Source of the DNA: Thermoprotei archaeon
GTDB lineage: Archaea > Thermoproteota > Thermoprotei > Thermoproteales > B15-G16
DNA length: 64,000 bases
Reading direction: 5' to 3'
NCBI GenBank assembly: GCA_003649205.1
Contig: QMRC01000003.1
Coordinates: 227,429 to 291,428, forward strand
In this document: piece by piece, positions 9,973 through 19,332 of the stretch
Position numbering within the stretch: the first letter of the stretch is position 1
How the letters are laid out: the number at the start of each line of letters is the position of its first letter
The notes under the pieces: model-generated
What the model saw: the letters and a program-made list of their open reading frames with translations, nothing else
The model's database searches: none
What the model was told of the DNA's origin: nothing
Translations under genes and position numbers: made by a program

Positions 9973-11141
9973 CCAGTGTGAATCTCAACAATATCACGAT
10001 CTTGAAGAACATAATCCTTACCAACTCTAAGTACTCTCTTTCTACTACCTTCAAATCTAATTATCTTCGCGTACTTAAAGTTCTCAGCTAATTTCCTGTG
10101 AATTCTCTCAGCAACATCTATCACTGTTGAACCAGCCTTTATTAGTAGAGGTTTCTCATCAGGTGCATCACGGTATGGACTCTTCGTGTACACTCTAATT
10201 AAATTGAGCGTAGTGAGTATGGTCTTAGCTATGAGCCCTCTATCCAGTCCCTTACCTGTCAAGCTAGAGACCGTGAGCACTGGATACCTCTCACCAACTA
10301 CCTTAGTGAATTCCCTAACTGTAACCTCATCAGCTACATCGAGCTTAGTCCCAATGACTATCGCTGGCTTGTAGACGTACTCCTCAAATATAGCTCTCTC
10401 AATGTCGTCTAGAGTAGCTTCACCAATTATCCTAACAAGTGCATGATGTATCCTGTACTCACTAAGTAACTTCCTTACATCATCTACTGTACAGCCAACT
10501 AACTTACCGACAACCTGAATACCACCACTAACTCTCCTCTCAATCTCGACGATAGCTCTCGGCTTATTAATCAAGATATGTGCTCTCTCAAGCTCACTTC
10601 TAAGGATCTCGAACTGTCTTAATGGATCACTACTCAGATCAACAACAAGTATTAAACCATCGGCATTCCTAGCAATTGACATAGCTAAAGTAGTTAGTGT
10701 ACTCTCACCGCCAGGTACTATTGATGGTGCTTCAACTAGTTGGAAGTACATGTTCTCAAAAATAAACATACCAGGTACAGGTAACTTCGTAGTGTAGGGT
10801 ACATCGCTAACCTCAACCTTAGCATTGGTGAGAGCACGGAGAAGAGCGCTCTTACCTGAGTTAGCTAACCCAAGTAGAGCTAACTGAACATCACCCTCCT
10901 TACCCACGTATACCTTAACTCTCTTAGCACCAGCAGCTTTCCTAACTCTCTCCCTAAGCTCAATCTCTCTCTTTAATTCAGCAATCCTACGTCTAACAAA
11001 TGAAATCAACTTCTCAGTACCCTTGTGCTTAGGGACTGAAGATAGGAACTCCTGAAGTGCCTTAATCTTCTCCTCTGGAGTCCTAGCTTCCATCACCTTA
11101 ATCCACTTCGCCTTGGCTTCAGCTGGTAGGTTTGTTACCAT
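9969..11141 (-). CDS. DRG/OBG-family GTPase with TGS domain
   Basis: MVTNLPAEA start, PKHKGTEK, GLANSGKS, PYTT, C-terminal TGS (YVLQDRDIVEIH). Confidence 0.92.
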   Translation of the reverse strand: MVTNLPAEAKAKWIKVMEARTPEEKIKALQEFLSSVPKHKGTEKLISFVRRRIAELKREIELRERVRKAAGAKRVKVYVGKEGDVQLALLGLANSGKSALLRALTNAKVEVSDVPYTTKLPVPGMFIFENMYFQLVEAPSIVPGGESTLTTLAMSIARNADGLILVVDLSSDPLRQFEILRSELERAHILINKPRAIVEIERRVSGGIQVVGKLVGCTVDDVRKLLSEYRIHHALVRIIGEATLDDIERAIFEEYVYKPAIVIGTKLDVADEVTVREFTKVVGERYPVLTVSSLTGKGLDRGLIAKTILTTLNLIRVYTKSPYRDAPDEKPLLIKAGSTVIDVAERIHRKLAENFKYAKIIRFEGSRKRVLRVGKDYVLQDRDIVEIHTG

Positions 11142-11185
11142 TGTGTCTACCTCATGTCTTGTGATTAGGGAGAGAGGGTAATAAA

Positions 11186-11668
11186 GTGATGTGTGTAATC
11201 TCACTGGGGAACTACTTGCTACCTATGCTAGTAATTACTATCGTAGTGGTAGTTCTAGTGCTGGTGATAGTGAAGCAGTTGAGGAGGCATGTACTCAATA
11301 TACTTGAAAAGTTGATCCCGAGTCTAGTACCCTACGGTGCTGATCTATACTCGATAGCTCATACCTACGGTCTGGATGCAGTGTTCATACTGAACTACGA
11401 AGGTAGCGTCATCGAGGCTCTCACGCACGGTGATGTAGGTAGAGAAGCGAGTTCTCTCTACATGCTGTACACAGCTGTGAGAGAATTCGATGTTACTGCT
11501 AGGGACTTCGTTCTCGATCTTGGTAGGGAAAGAGTTATTGCTGTTTCTGTTGATGAAGGTGGTAGGTATATTGCGTTGGTGAGAACGAGAAGGAGGATTA
11601 CGAAGAAGTACTTAACTAGGTTGAGGTTCTGTTTGAGGGATTATGTGAGGAGTAGGGGTTTAGTATGA
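11186..11668 (+). CDS. Membrane-anchored hypothetical protein, possible Roadblock/longin-like domain
   Basis: N-terminal TM helix; AVFILNYEGSVIEA and later beta-alpha pattern; true start may be slightly downstream. Confidence 0.5.
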   Translation: MMCVISLGNYLLPMLVITIVVVVLVLVIVKQLRRHVLNILEKLIPSLVPYGADLYSIAHTYGLDAVFILNYEGSVIEALTHGDVGREASSLYMLYTAVREFDVTARDFVLDLGRERVIAVSVDEGGRYIALVRTRRRITKKYLTRLRFCLRDYVRSRGLV

Positions 11669-12447
11669 GCGCAACAGCTAGGGAGTACTGGAGGAGAGTT
11701 AGGAGGGTTATCGATGATGCGGATGTCGTTCTTGAGGTAGTTGATGCTAGAGATCCTGAGGTTACTAGGTGTAGAGAAGTTGAGAATACTGTTCGTAGAT
11801 TGGGTAAGCAACTAATCATAGTGATCAATAAGGCAGATCTAATACCTCGTGACGTAGTTGAGAAGTGGAAGGAATATCTTAGTCAGGAGCACCCTACCGT
11901 GTACATCAGCGCTAAGGAGAGGAAAGGTACACGTAAGCTCAGGATAGCTATTAAGGCTGTTGCACCTAGATTACCTGTTAAGGTAGCTATTGTTGGGTAC
12001 CCAAATGTCGGTAAGTCAACAATAATAAATGTACTCAAGGGTAGGTACTCAGCACCAACATCACCTGTACCTGGCTGGACTAGAGGTGAGCAGATTGTTC
12101 GCATACACACGTGGCTAATAGTAATCGATACCCCAGGTGTCGTACCAATACCATCAGAGAATGCTGATGTCGTGTTGAGGTGCATGGTACCACCTGAGGA
12201 GATAGACGATCCTGTCCCCATAGCACTTGAGCTAATAGGTAAGGTACTGAAGTACACACCAGATGCATTTAAGACTTGTCTAGGAGTTGAAGGTAGTGAA
12301 CCCATGGAGATACTGGAGAACTATGCAAGGAGAAGAGGCTTCCTCCTTAAGGGTGGTAAACTAAATCTTGAGGAAGCTGCAAGGAGTTTAATTAGGGATT
12401 GGCAGAGAGGTAAACTAGTGTACTACTATGAACCACCACCTAGATAG
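11665..12447 (+). CDS. Circularly permuted YlqF/RbgA-family GTPase
   Basis: DARDP, NKAD, GYPNVGKS, DTPG in G4-G1-G3 order. Confidence 0.93.
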   Translation: MSATAREYWRRVRRVIDDADVVLEVVDARDPEVTRCREVENTVRRLGKQLIIVINKADLIPRDVVEKWKEYLSQEHPTVYISAKERKGTRKLRIAIKAVAPRLPVKVAIVGYPNVGKSTIINVLKGRYSAPTSPVPGWTRGEQIVRIHTWLIVIDTPGVVPIPSENADVVLRCMVPPEEIDDPVPIALELIGKVLKYTPDAFKTCLGVEGSEPMEILENYARRRGFLLKGGKLNLEEAARSLIRDWQRGKLVYYYEPPPR

Positions 12448-12778
12448 ACGTCATACATACATCAGTAAGATACTATCCACCTACAGAGCACTACTCACTA
12501 TAGACCATACCGTACTCAGAGAGCTACTACCTAGTACTCGTAAGTTCATTATAGTCGATGAGGTGAGTACTATAGTTAGAGGCTTACCCACTTCCATAAG
12601 GTTTTGCATCGAAGCTAGTTCTAGAGGATTGTGCATTGTCGAATACAGAAATGTGAAGTACATTAATCCTACTGAGCTTGACAATCTCATCACCGAGATC
12701 TATGGAAAACTACCGACTGCTGTCCTAAGGAAGAAGTCTAGACGACTATGGACCTTACTGAAGAGAGCACTTAAGGAA

Positions 12779-13297
12779 TTAGGTGGAGTAGAGTCTCAAA
12801 TCTCTATGTATCCTATAGAGTCTTAGAACTGTAATCCACTCAGAGACGATCTTCGGTATAATGATTTCAAGAGGGATACCACGACCAATACCACTGCACA
12901 CCTTATCAATATAGACGTAAACCTTAATTGACTTACCAAGTGGACTACGGTACACGTATACGGCATCCTCATCACGGGAATCTACTACACCAAGTGGCTT
13001 ATCCGTCACGTAGAATGGATAGCACCTACACACTATTGGACGTTCAAGGTATATACTACAGCGGTAACCTAGAGGAGTTCTCTCAAGAAATACACATGAG
13101 CCATCTGGTTTGGATCTTAGGTAGAATTTACCATTTCTTTCCTCAACTACAGGACCGTACTTCATGATGTAGTAGAGTGCTTCATGGGGGTAGAGTGGTA
13201 CTAGAAACTTTATACAGCACTTACCGCACCTAACACAGTGCCAGTACTTTACCCACCTCCATGGTACGTATTCATGAGCTACTTCTGTATTACTCAT
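12779..13297 (-). CDS. YkgJ-family cysteine-cluster protein
   Basis: CVRCGKCC, CVFL, CSIY..RP..CR.YPF. Confidence 0.88.
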   Translation of the reverse strand: MSNTEVAHEYVPWRWVKYWHCVRCGKCCIKFLVPLYPHEALYYIMKYGPVVEERNGKFYLRSKPDGSCVFLERTPLGYRCSIYLERPIVCRCYPFYVTDKPLGVVDSRDEDAVYVYRSPLGKSIKVYVYIDKVCSGIGRGIPLEIIIPKIVSEWITVLRLYRIHRDLRLYST

Positions 13298-13489
13298 CTA
13301 CATCACATCTACAGCTGCTGTACTGAGATGTGGTGTTAGTAACCTATTGGTAATCTCACTATGTGGAAGAGATGGAGGAGTAAAAAATCTATCCTCGTGC
13401 ACCTATGTATGTGTGATTTGATGCTACCTTTACTTTAGCTGTGAGCTATCCTTATAAGATCCTTATAGTTTAGTACCTTGTGATACGTC

Positions 13490-13804
13490 ATGGGTAGTAG
13501 GAAGAAGGGAGGTAGGTGGAGAAGAGCTTATCCTCATAACGAGGATATAGCTGAGGTAATTGTTGAGGTGCTATCTAGTAAACCCTGGATTTCACCACTT
13601 GATTTTGTTGATGAGGTAAAGAAGAAACTTGAGGAAAAGGGTTTCTTTACTGGGTTGGTTTCTGCTAAGCGAATTTGGAGATTGTATAGGGAGATGGTTG
13701 AGAGGGGTAGAATAAGTGATGTCTTAGGTGTGGTGCCAGGTTATGGTTATGTGAATCCCTATGAAGTCTTTACCGGTGAAGAAGGATTTAGTGAGGAGGT
13801 GTGA
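13490..13804 (+). CDS. Hypothetical protein (wHTH-like)
   Basis: 104 aa; KRIWRLYREMVERGRI; TATA-like CTTATAA upstream. Confidence 0.6.
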   Translation: MGSRKKGGRWRRAYPHNEDIAEVIVEVLSSKPWISPLDFVDEVKKKLEEKGFFTGLVSAKRIWRLYREMVERGRISDVLGVVPGYGYVNPYEVFTGEEGFSEEV

Positions 13805-13821
13805 GTGGGCTTAGTGTGTAG

Positions 13822-15138
13822 CTATAGCACTACGTTATCCCTCTTTAGGAAGGTAGGGAGTTCATGTATACTTACTTCCATCTGTTTTCCTGTTGTAAGG
13901 TTCTTTACAGCTACTTTACCTAGCTTAAGCTCCTTCTCACCAACTATTACTAGAAACTTAGCTCCGATCTTGACTGCGTACTCGAGATTTGCCCTAAGAC
14001 TTCTCCTCATCACGTCAACTATACAGGGTATACCATGTTGTCTAAGGAGATTCGCTATCTCAAGACATCTTGAGTACAGATCCATCTTAGGAGTAACTAC
14101 AGCAGCTACAGGTCTTGGATAATCTGTTGGTAACTTACCTAACCTTTCGAGAACCTCAATTAATCTCTCAATACCAATGGCCATACCTGTCGCAGGTAGG
14201 TTTGAACCTCCAACAAGCTCTATAAGGTCGTCGTACCTACCACCACCTGCAATACTACCTACATCCTCCTGTCCCTTCACGTAGACTTCAAATACTGTTC
14301 CTGTGTAGTAAGCTAACCCCCTTACAATGCTTAAGTCCAACACTACATTCTTCACATTGTACGACTTCAATAAATCAAGTAATGTACTAATTTTCTCTAA
14401 CTCAGTTCGAATAGTAGATCCAAAGAGCTTATCGAGAAGCTCAATTTTCTCCTCATTACTACCCTCTATCATCAATAATTCACGAACCTTCTCAATGTTC
14501 TCTCTAGAAATACCCAACGACTCTAAACCCTTAACAACATACTCAATACCGTACCTGTGGTACTTATCTATGTACCTATAGAAGTCTTCACGTAGCTCTC
14601 TAGGTATGTTGAGTGCATCGCTTATTCTATCAGCTAGTGCTCTACTACTGAACCTAACCTCAATACGCTCATCCTCAAGACCTACATCACGAAGTGAGTA
14701 CCAGGTAACAGCTATTACCTCAGCATCAGCTTCCACATGTGGTGAACCAATGAGTTCGATACCTGCTTGCCAGAACTCCCTCAATCTACCTAGTTGAGGT
14801 TCTTCATACCTCCAGACAGGTGCTATGTAGTAGAACCTAATTGGCTTAGGTAAGTGTGGCATTGTAGCGACAATCCTAGCTATTGGTGTAGTCATCTCGA
14901 ATCTAAGACCTAGCTTCCTACCTGCCTTATCCTCAAACCAGTAAATTTGCTCCCTAACCTCTGAACCAGCTTTTGCCTCTAATAGCTCTAGATGCTCAAA
15001 TGCTGGTGTAAGTACTTCTCCATAACCGAATCTCTCGAAGACAGACCTAATTCTCTCAATAACTACTCTTCTCTTGAAGCAATCAAGTGGTAAGTAGTCT
15101 CTAGTGCCTCGTGGTCTCTGAAGCCTTGTATCTACCAT
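13822..15138 (-). CDS. hisS: Histidine--tRNA ligase
   Basis: PRGTRD, LRFEMT, WRYEEPQLGRLREFWQ, VRGLAYYTG, GGGRYD. Confidence 0.97.
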   Translation of the reverse strand: MVDTRLQRPRGTRDYLPLDCFKRRVVIERIRSVFERFGYGEVLTPAFEHLELLEAKAGSEVREQIYWFEDKAGRKLGLRFEMTTPIARIVATMPHLPKPIRFYYIAPVWRYEEPQLGRLREFWQAGIELIGSPHVEADAEVIAVTWYSLRDVGLEDERIEVRFSSRALADRISDALNIPRELREDFYRYIDKYHRYGIEYVVKGLESLGISRENIEKVRELLMIEGSNEEKIELLDKLFGSTIRTELEKISTLLDLLKSYNVKNVVLDLSIVRGLAYYTGTVFEVYVKGQEDVGSIAGGGRYDDLIELVGGSNLPATGMAIGIERLIEVLERLGKLPTDYPRPVAAVVTPKMDLYSRCLEIANLLRQHGIPCIVDVMRRSLRANLEYAVKIGAKFLVIVGEKELKLGKVAVKNLTTGKQMEVSIHELPTFLKRDNVVL

Positions 15139-16549
15139 GACGTAACCACCCTACAAACTCAATACATATGGTTACTAATAATATCGTTAATGCTATTGTC
15201 AGTGTTGTGTGTTCAAAGGTTGTAAAGCACTTACCAAGTGCAGGTAGTACAACATCTAGGTTAATGTTCACATCAACAACACCTCTACACTCACTTGGCA
15301 GTGTTATATGGAGTACCTTAACATAGTCAAGATACCTAATTGTCAGTATGTAGGGTCCAGGTGGAAGAGGACCTATTAGCTTGTTTGAACCACTGTAGAC
15401 TACTCTCAATGTTCTATTGTGCATGACTGAAAGGGTCACTCTAAAGTCCCTTAGTGGTGCTGTAATAGTATTTGCCGTTATCCTCAAGTAGTTGAGAGGT
15501 AGTGAAACATTTGCAACAAGTGAACTCCTTAATTCAATGTGTTTAACTACCTTAACTACTCGTCCTATATCACGGTACCTACATACTACAGTGAAGCAGT
15601 ACTTTCCAGGTGGTTCATCAACTAGTAGAACAGTATCGACATCCCTGTACTTACCTACTGTGGTATTACCTCGCTTAACTGTAACTTCATCAGCTTTAAC
15701 TAGCTTACCAAGCGCATCTCTTATAAAGAGGACTAATCTGTACCTAGGTACTACAATACTGTACTTACAATCACCATTAACTACTACGAACTTCTTTGCA
15801 ACAAGAGAGCCTTTGTAGTACGTTAGTATTGTGTACCTACCTTTCTCAACTTCAAGACAAATCTCAGGACCTACATTAGTTACATTGTACACAACCTTAC
15901 CATCCTTTACAAGTACTACCGTAACATTTGCTACCTCTAGCTCGTGCTGATCAATGAACTTGAGTACTAGGTACGGATTCCTTATCCTGAAGCTATATGT
16001 TAACATTAATGTTGTACTTCCAATCCAGAGAGTACAGGTTACATTCCATACACCAGGGAATAGTGGTCTCGGTGTTGCTCTCTCTATGATCTTAGTACTC
16101 TTTGTTACACCTCTCTTACTGACTAAGTAGTACGTTACTGTTGCCGCTTCAGGTGAGCCAATTGGATAAGTTGCGACTATGTGTAGAACGCTAATGCCCT
16201 TGGGTAGTATTATGCTGTCATAAAAGCCAAACACTGTACCTGTCTTCTGTTCTCTAAATGTTACCTGATAACACACCTCTGTTCCTGGATGTAGTACCTT
16301 AATGTAGAGAACGATGTACTTTACCGTTACAGGTACTGCATCTTTAACCTCGGTTAGCTCAACAGGTTCAGGTACTAGACCTATTTCCTTGAAGGTGATG
16401 CCCACCTTAAGGTACGCAATGGGTTTCTCGCTACAGTAGGTTAATGGTATTGCTGCTGTAATAGCTAGTACTAGAGGTGAGATGATAAGTAGCAACTTCA
16501 GGGTTTTAACTATGGATGTAGTATGGTCAGCGCCGGAAGTAGAGATCAT
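15101..16549 (-). CDS. Secreted/membrane-anchored beta-sandwich surface protein
   Basis: Signal-like N-terminus, repeated GxY beta modules, several NxT/S sequons, C-terminal TM; the listed start lies inside a C/D sRNA, so the start is uncertain. Confidence 0.65.
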   Translation of the reverse strand: MISTSGADHTTSIVKTLKLLLIISPLVLAITAAIPLTYCSEKPIAYLKVGITFKEIGLVPEPVELTEVKDAVPVTVKYIVLYIKVLHPGTEVCYQVTFREQKTGTVFGFYDSIILPKGISVLHIVATYPIGSPEAATVTYYLVSKRGVTKSTKIIERATPRPLFPGVWNVTCTLWIGSTTLMLTYSFRIRNPYLVLKFIDQHELEVANVTVVLVKDGKVVYNVTNVGPEICLEVEKGRYTILTYYKGSLVAKKFVVVNGDCKYSIVVPRYRLVLFIRDALGKLVKADEVTVKRGNTTVGKYRDVDTVLLVDEPPGKYCFTVVCRYRDIGRVVKVVKHIELRSSLVANVSLPLNYLRITANTITAPLRDFRVTLSVMHNRTLRVVYSGSNKLIGPLPPGPYILTIRYLDYVKVLHITLPSECRGVVDVNINLDVVLPALGKCFTTFEHTTLTIALTILLVTICIEFVGWLRHGRYKASETTRH

Positions 16550-16580
16550 AGATCACTACTCCTGGCCTTCATCATCACTA
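16524..16580 (-). ncRNA. C/D box guide sRNA candidate
   Basis: Minus strand: ATGATGA (C) - AGGCCAGGAGTA - GTGA (D') - TCT - ATGATCT (C') - CTACTTCCGGCG - CTGA (D); two 12-nt guides. Confidence 0.65.
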
Positions 16581-16829
16581 CTCTGTCCTAGATAGTCTAC
16601 GTCTTAAGTCTTCCACTATACTTTCCCTAATATCGTCCTCATCTTTATCCAGTAGCTTTAGCTCCTTCTTAGAGACACAGTATTTACAAAGTGGATAAGT
16701 TAGTGTTAGAGTTACGTGATATTCAGAGCCATCTGCTGAGGGCTCTATTCTTATCTGGACACTTTTTCTACCGAGGTAGAGACCACAGGCAGGACAGTAG
16801 AGAGGTATCTCAAACTCACTCTCACTCAT
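16578..16829 (-). CDS. Small Zn-ribbon protein
   Basis: CPACG...CKYC in 83 aa. Confidence 0.6.
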   Translation of the reverse strand: MSESEFEIPLYCPACGLYLGRKSVQIRIEPSADGSEYHVTLTLTYPLCKYCVSKKELKLLDKDEDDIRESIVEDLRRRLSRTE

Positions 16830-16902
16830 GCTAAACCCCTTAGCTAAGAACTATAGCAACACTATAAAACTTACTAATTTATCAATGTGCTGGTTATCGA
16901 GC

Positions 16903-16957
16903 TGATCAGTGTCGGAGGGCTTCTTCACCAGTCCGCTGTAATACCACTCATCACGAC
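16903..16957 (-). ncRNA. C/D box guide sRNA
   Basis: Minus strand: GTGATGA (C) - GTGGTATTACAG - CGGA (D') - CTG - GTGAAGA (C') - AGCCCTCCGACA - CTGA (D). Confidence 0.8.
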
Positions 16958-17580
16958 TACCTAGAACCTCTACGTCTACTCAGTACTCGGTTCTTAATAA
17001 GTTCAAACTCTTCATCACTAACCTCCCTGTATATTGGTTCATACTGACCTCCAACTCTCCTAACACCAACCTTAATGAACTTTCTGCCTCTCATCTCTGC
17101 ATAGAGAGAACAGTAGTGAATGAGACAGATTATTGGTTTTCGATCTCTAGGCACTAAACACCTACCATCGCTATAAAATACGCATCTACCACCAGGACCG
17201 AGATCTAGCCTATACACCTTAACAGGGCCAATAACCGTATCAACCCACTTCCAGTCAAGTGGTCTATCAACTAGGTGTAGCGGTAGATCTCTAACTTCAT
17301 TCTCTAGAGCGAAAGCACCAGAATCACGTTCACAGCACCAACCACACTCAATACATATCATCCTGTACGAATTCTCGAGTATGTCACTAGGTACCTCAAC
17401 TAGTGCTCTTAAGTCTAGGGGTGTTCCCGGTGATGGTTTGAATACTGGTGCAAGTACACGGTACTTAGGTATGTAGTAGGTACCTACGTAAAATTTCTTC
17501 AGTTTAGCACCTACGTACAGTAGGAAGTAATCCCACCTAGCTTGTCCTGTTGGCCGACGGAGCATGTAGTACTTAGCCAC
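16957..17580 (-). CDS. YkgJ-family cysteine-cluster protein (second copy)
   Basis: CIECGWCC, CVFY..GRC, KPIIC..HYC. Confidence 0.75.
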   Translation of the reverse strand: MAKYYMLRRPTGQARWDYFLLYVGAKLKKFYVGTYYIPKYRVLAPVFKPSPGTPLDLRALVEVPSDILENSYRMICIECGWCCERDSGAFALENEVRDLPLHLVDRPLDWKWVDTVIGPVKVYRLDLGPGGRCVFYSDGRCLVPRDRKPIICLIHYCSLYAEMRGRKFIKVGVRRVGGQYEPIYREVSDEEFELIKNRVLSRRRGSR

Positions 17581-17587
17581 TAAATCT

Positions 17588-18310
17588 CTACACCCCTCTT
17601 AACTTCTTGATCATGTCTGTAAGTGGGAGTAGTGTTGTTGCAAGTGGTATACTCTCACGTTTAGCTATCTCTATACCTAGTTCATCAGGTTCCTTAATTC
17701 CATGAAGTACTACTAGTACTGGTCGAAGACCTGAAATAGCCATCATGGCCTTGATCGCTACTAGTGGAGATCTACCGTAGCGTACATTGGTGAAGATAGC
17801 TGCTCTCTGAGTACTCCTACCGTATAGTCTAAGGTATTCGTAGGAGGGTACCTCCAGAACTAGCTTCATGCTATCAACTACCGTATAGCCGTAGATGTGA
17901 ACATCACTGAATTCCCTACCAACGTGAAGTTCTGCATCAATTACACTACAGAATTCGCCGATGGTAATTGGCTTCGTAAACTCCCTCATATCTAGCACTG
18001 CTCTCCTAAATGCTGAGCTAACACCAATGACGACACTAGCTAACTCATTGATCTTCCTACCACCCTTCTCCAAGTCGATAGTTATCAATGCCTCAACAAA
18101 TCTCTTAATGAAGTGTGATCCAGGTGACTTCCTCCTACAGCTCTCGTAGTCACTTATGACGGAGGGTAAGGTACTCATTTTCGTAGCTACTTCACTTTGA
18201 GATACCCCAAAGTACTCTCTCCAATACCTCATTCTCCTACCGGGTTCATCAGAGAGGACTATGTCACCAGCAATGAAGGTAGCAATCTGCTTAGCTAGGA
18301 TCTCCGACAC
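17588..18310 (-). CDS. Cro/C1-type HTH transcriptional regulator (conserved archaeal family)
   Basis: IAGDIVLS, WREYFGVSQSEVA, SVISDYE..RRKSPG, GRSPLVAIK. Confidence 0.85.
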   Translation of the reverse strand: MSEILAKQIATFIAGDIVLSDEPGRRMRYWREYFGVSQSEVATKMSTLPSVISDYESCRRKSPGSHFIKRFVEALITIDLEKGGRKINELASVVIGVSSAFRRAVLDMREFTKPITIGEFCSVIDAELHVGREFSDVHIYGYTVVDSMKLVLEVPSYEYLRLYGRSTQRAAIFTNVRYGRSPLVAIKAMMAISGLRPVLVVLHGIKEPDELGIEIAKRESIPLATTLLPLTDMIKKLRGV

Positions 18311-18399
18311 CTACATCACCTACAGGTAACTTAACCTGAGTCCTCAGTCACCTCTATTGAGGTAGTAAAACATATATTTTCGTGATTAACAGGGTTCTA

Positions 18400-18455
18400 G
18401 CGGTGATGAAGCTCGAAAGGGGAATGATTGATGTTCGGACCGGGATTGCTGATTC
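18400..18455 (+). ncRNA. C/D box guide sRNA
   Basis: GTGATGA (C, 18403) - AGCTCGAAAGGGGA - ATGA (D') - TTGATGT (C') - TCGGACCGGGATTG - CTGA (D, 18449). Confidence 0.7.
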
Positions 18456-18483
18456 CTCACTAATGCGTATACTGTCTCTCTGC

Positions 18484-18538
18484 TCTGTGATGAGTCCTAA
18501 ACACGCAGATTAGTGAAGAGACCACGCAGGGCTGAGAA
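18484..18538 (+). ncRNA. C/D box guide sRNA
   Basis: GTGATGA (C, 18487) - GTCCTAAACACG - CAGA (D') - TTA - GTGAAGA (C') - GACCACGCAGGG - CTGA (D, 18532). Confidence 0.8.
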
Positions 18539-18550
18539 ACTACTTGTATT

Positions 18551-19285
18551 ATGACTGGGAGAAGTAGGTTGGATTCTCTGCTCAAGTCTCTATTCGATCT
18601 CTCATTGCAGTTGAATTTACGTAATGTGATTCGCCGTAACGATACATTAGTGGTTATTCTCGAAGCTTCCTGTCTCGCCTTCTCGCTAAGTAGCTACGTG
18701 AAGTTACTACGTGAATTGGTTTCACTATGTTGTTCCGATGTTGAGAAGCTGATTGCAGTTATTCTGTACCCTCGTTCTGATACCGTAATTCACGGTACTC
18801 TATCCAGTATCGATGTCGTGCATACTGTTAGCAGTGTGATTGTTGTTAAGTTCTCTCTAACCTGTAATGACACGAATACGGTGATTAGCTTTAGGATCGA
18901 TTTGTCTTGTGAAGAAGGTGAGGGAGTTAGTGATCTAGTCCATAGCTTGAATCATCTAGTTGGGTCAATGCTATACTATTACACTAGAAATCTAGGTAAT
19001 CTACGTCCAGATGTGAGAGGTGTTCAGTACCTCAATCTCACTACCAATGTAACACCTCATAGCTCAACTGCTGTAATCACTATATCCTGTCGATGTAGTG
19101 TAGATCTCCTCGATTACGTAGTATCTACACTCTACGAGCAGTATCTCGATAACCTAAGGAGAATGATCGATACCTTGTGTAAGTTACTGAATTCTCTAAC
19201 TGATCTACGTAGATTGCTCATGGATATAGTACGTTACGTACGTAACCTCTCATTAATCCTCGACCACGCATCATCATTGGAATGA
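18551..19285 (+). CDS. Hypothetical protein
   Basis: 244-aa ORF filling an otherwise empty gap; no recognisable motif. Confidence 0.4.
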   Translation: MTGRSRLDSLLKSLFDLSLQLNLRNVIRRNDTLVVILEASCLAFSLSSYVKLLRELVSLCCSDVEKLIAVILYPRSDTVIHGTLSSIDVVHTVSSVIVVKFSLTCNDTNTVISFRIDLSCEEGEGVSDLVHSLNHLVGSMLYYYTRNLGNLRPDVRGVQYLNLTTNVTPHSSTAVITISCRCSVDLLDYVVSTLYEQYLDNLRRMIDTLCKLLNSLTDLRRLLMDIVRYVRNLSLILDHASSLE

Positions 19286-19332
19286 GAGTGAGTTTAAGCC
19301 TCTCCAAACATATTCTCTAAGAACTACTTTTC

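Noticed and set aside
12428-12826. 132-aa ORF between the YlqF GTPase and YkgJ genes
   Set aside because: Overlaps both neighbours and has no motif; may be real but cannot be supported.
18434-18443. 10-nt identity (TTCGGACCGG) between a C/D guide and the 49815 arm
   Set aside because: Pairing to the opposite arm would not cover the +5 position; a match this short is expected by chance.
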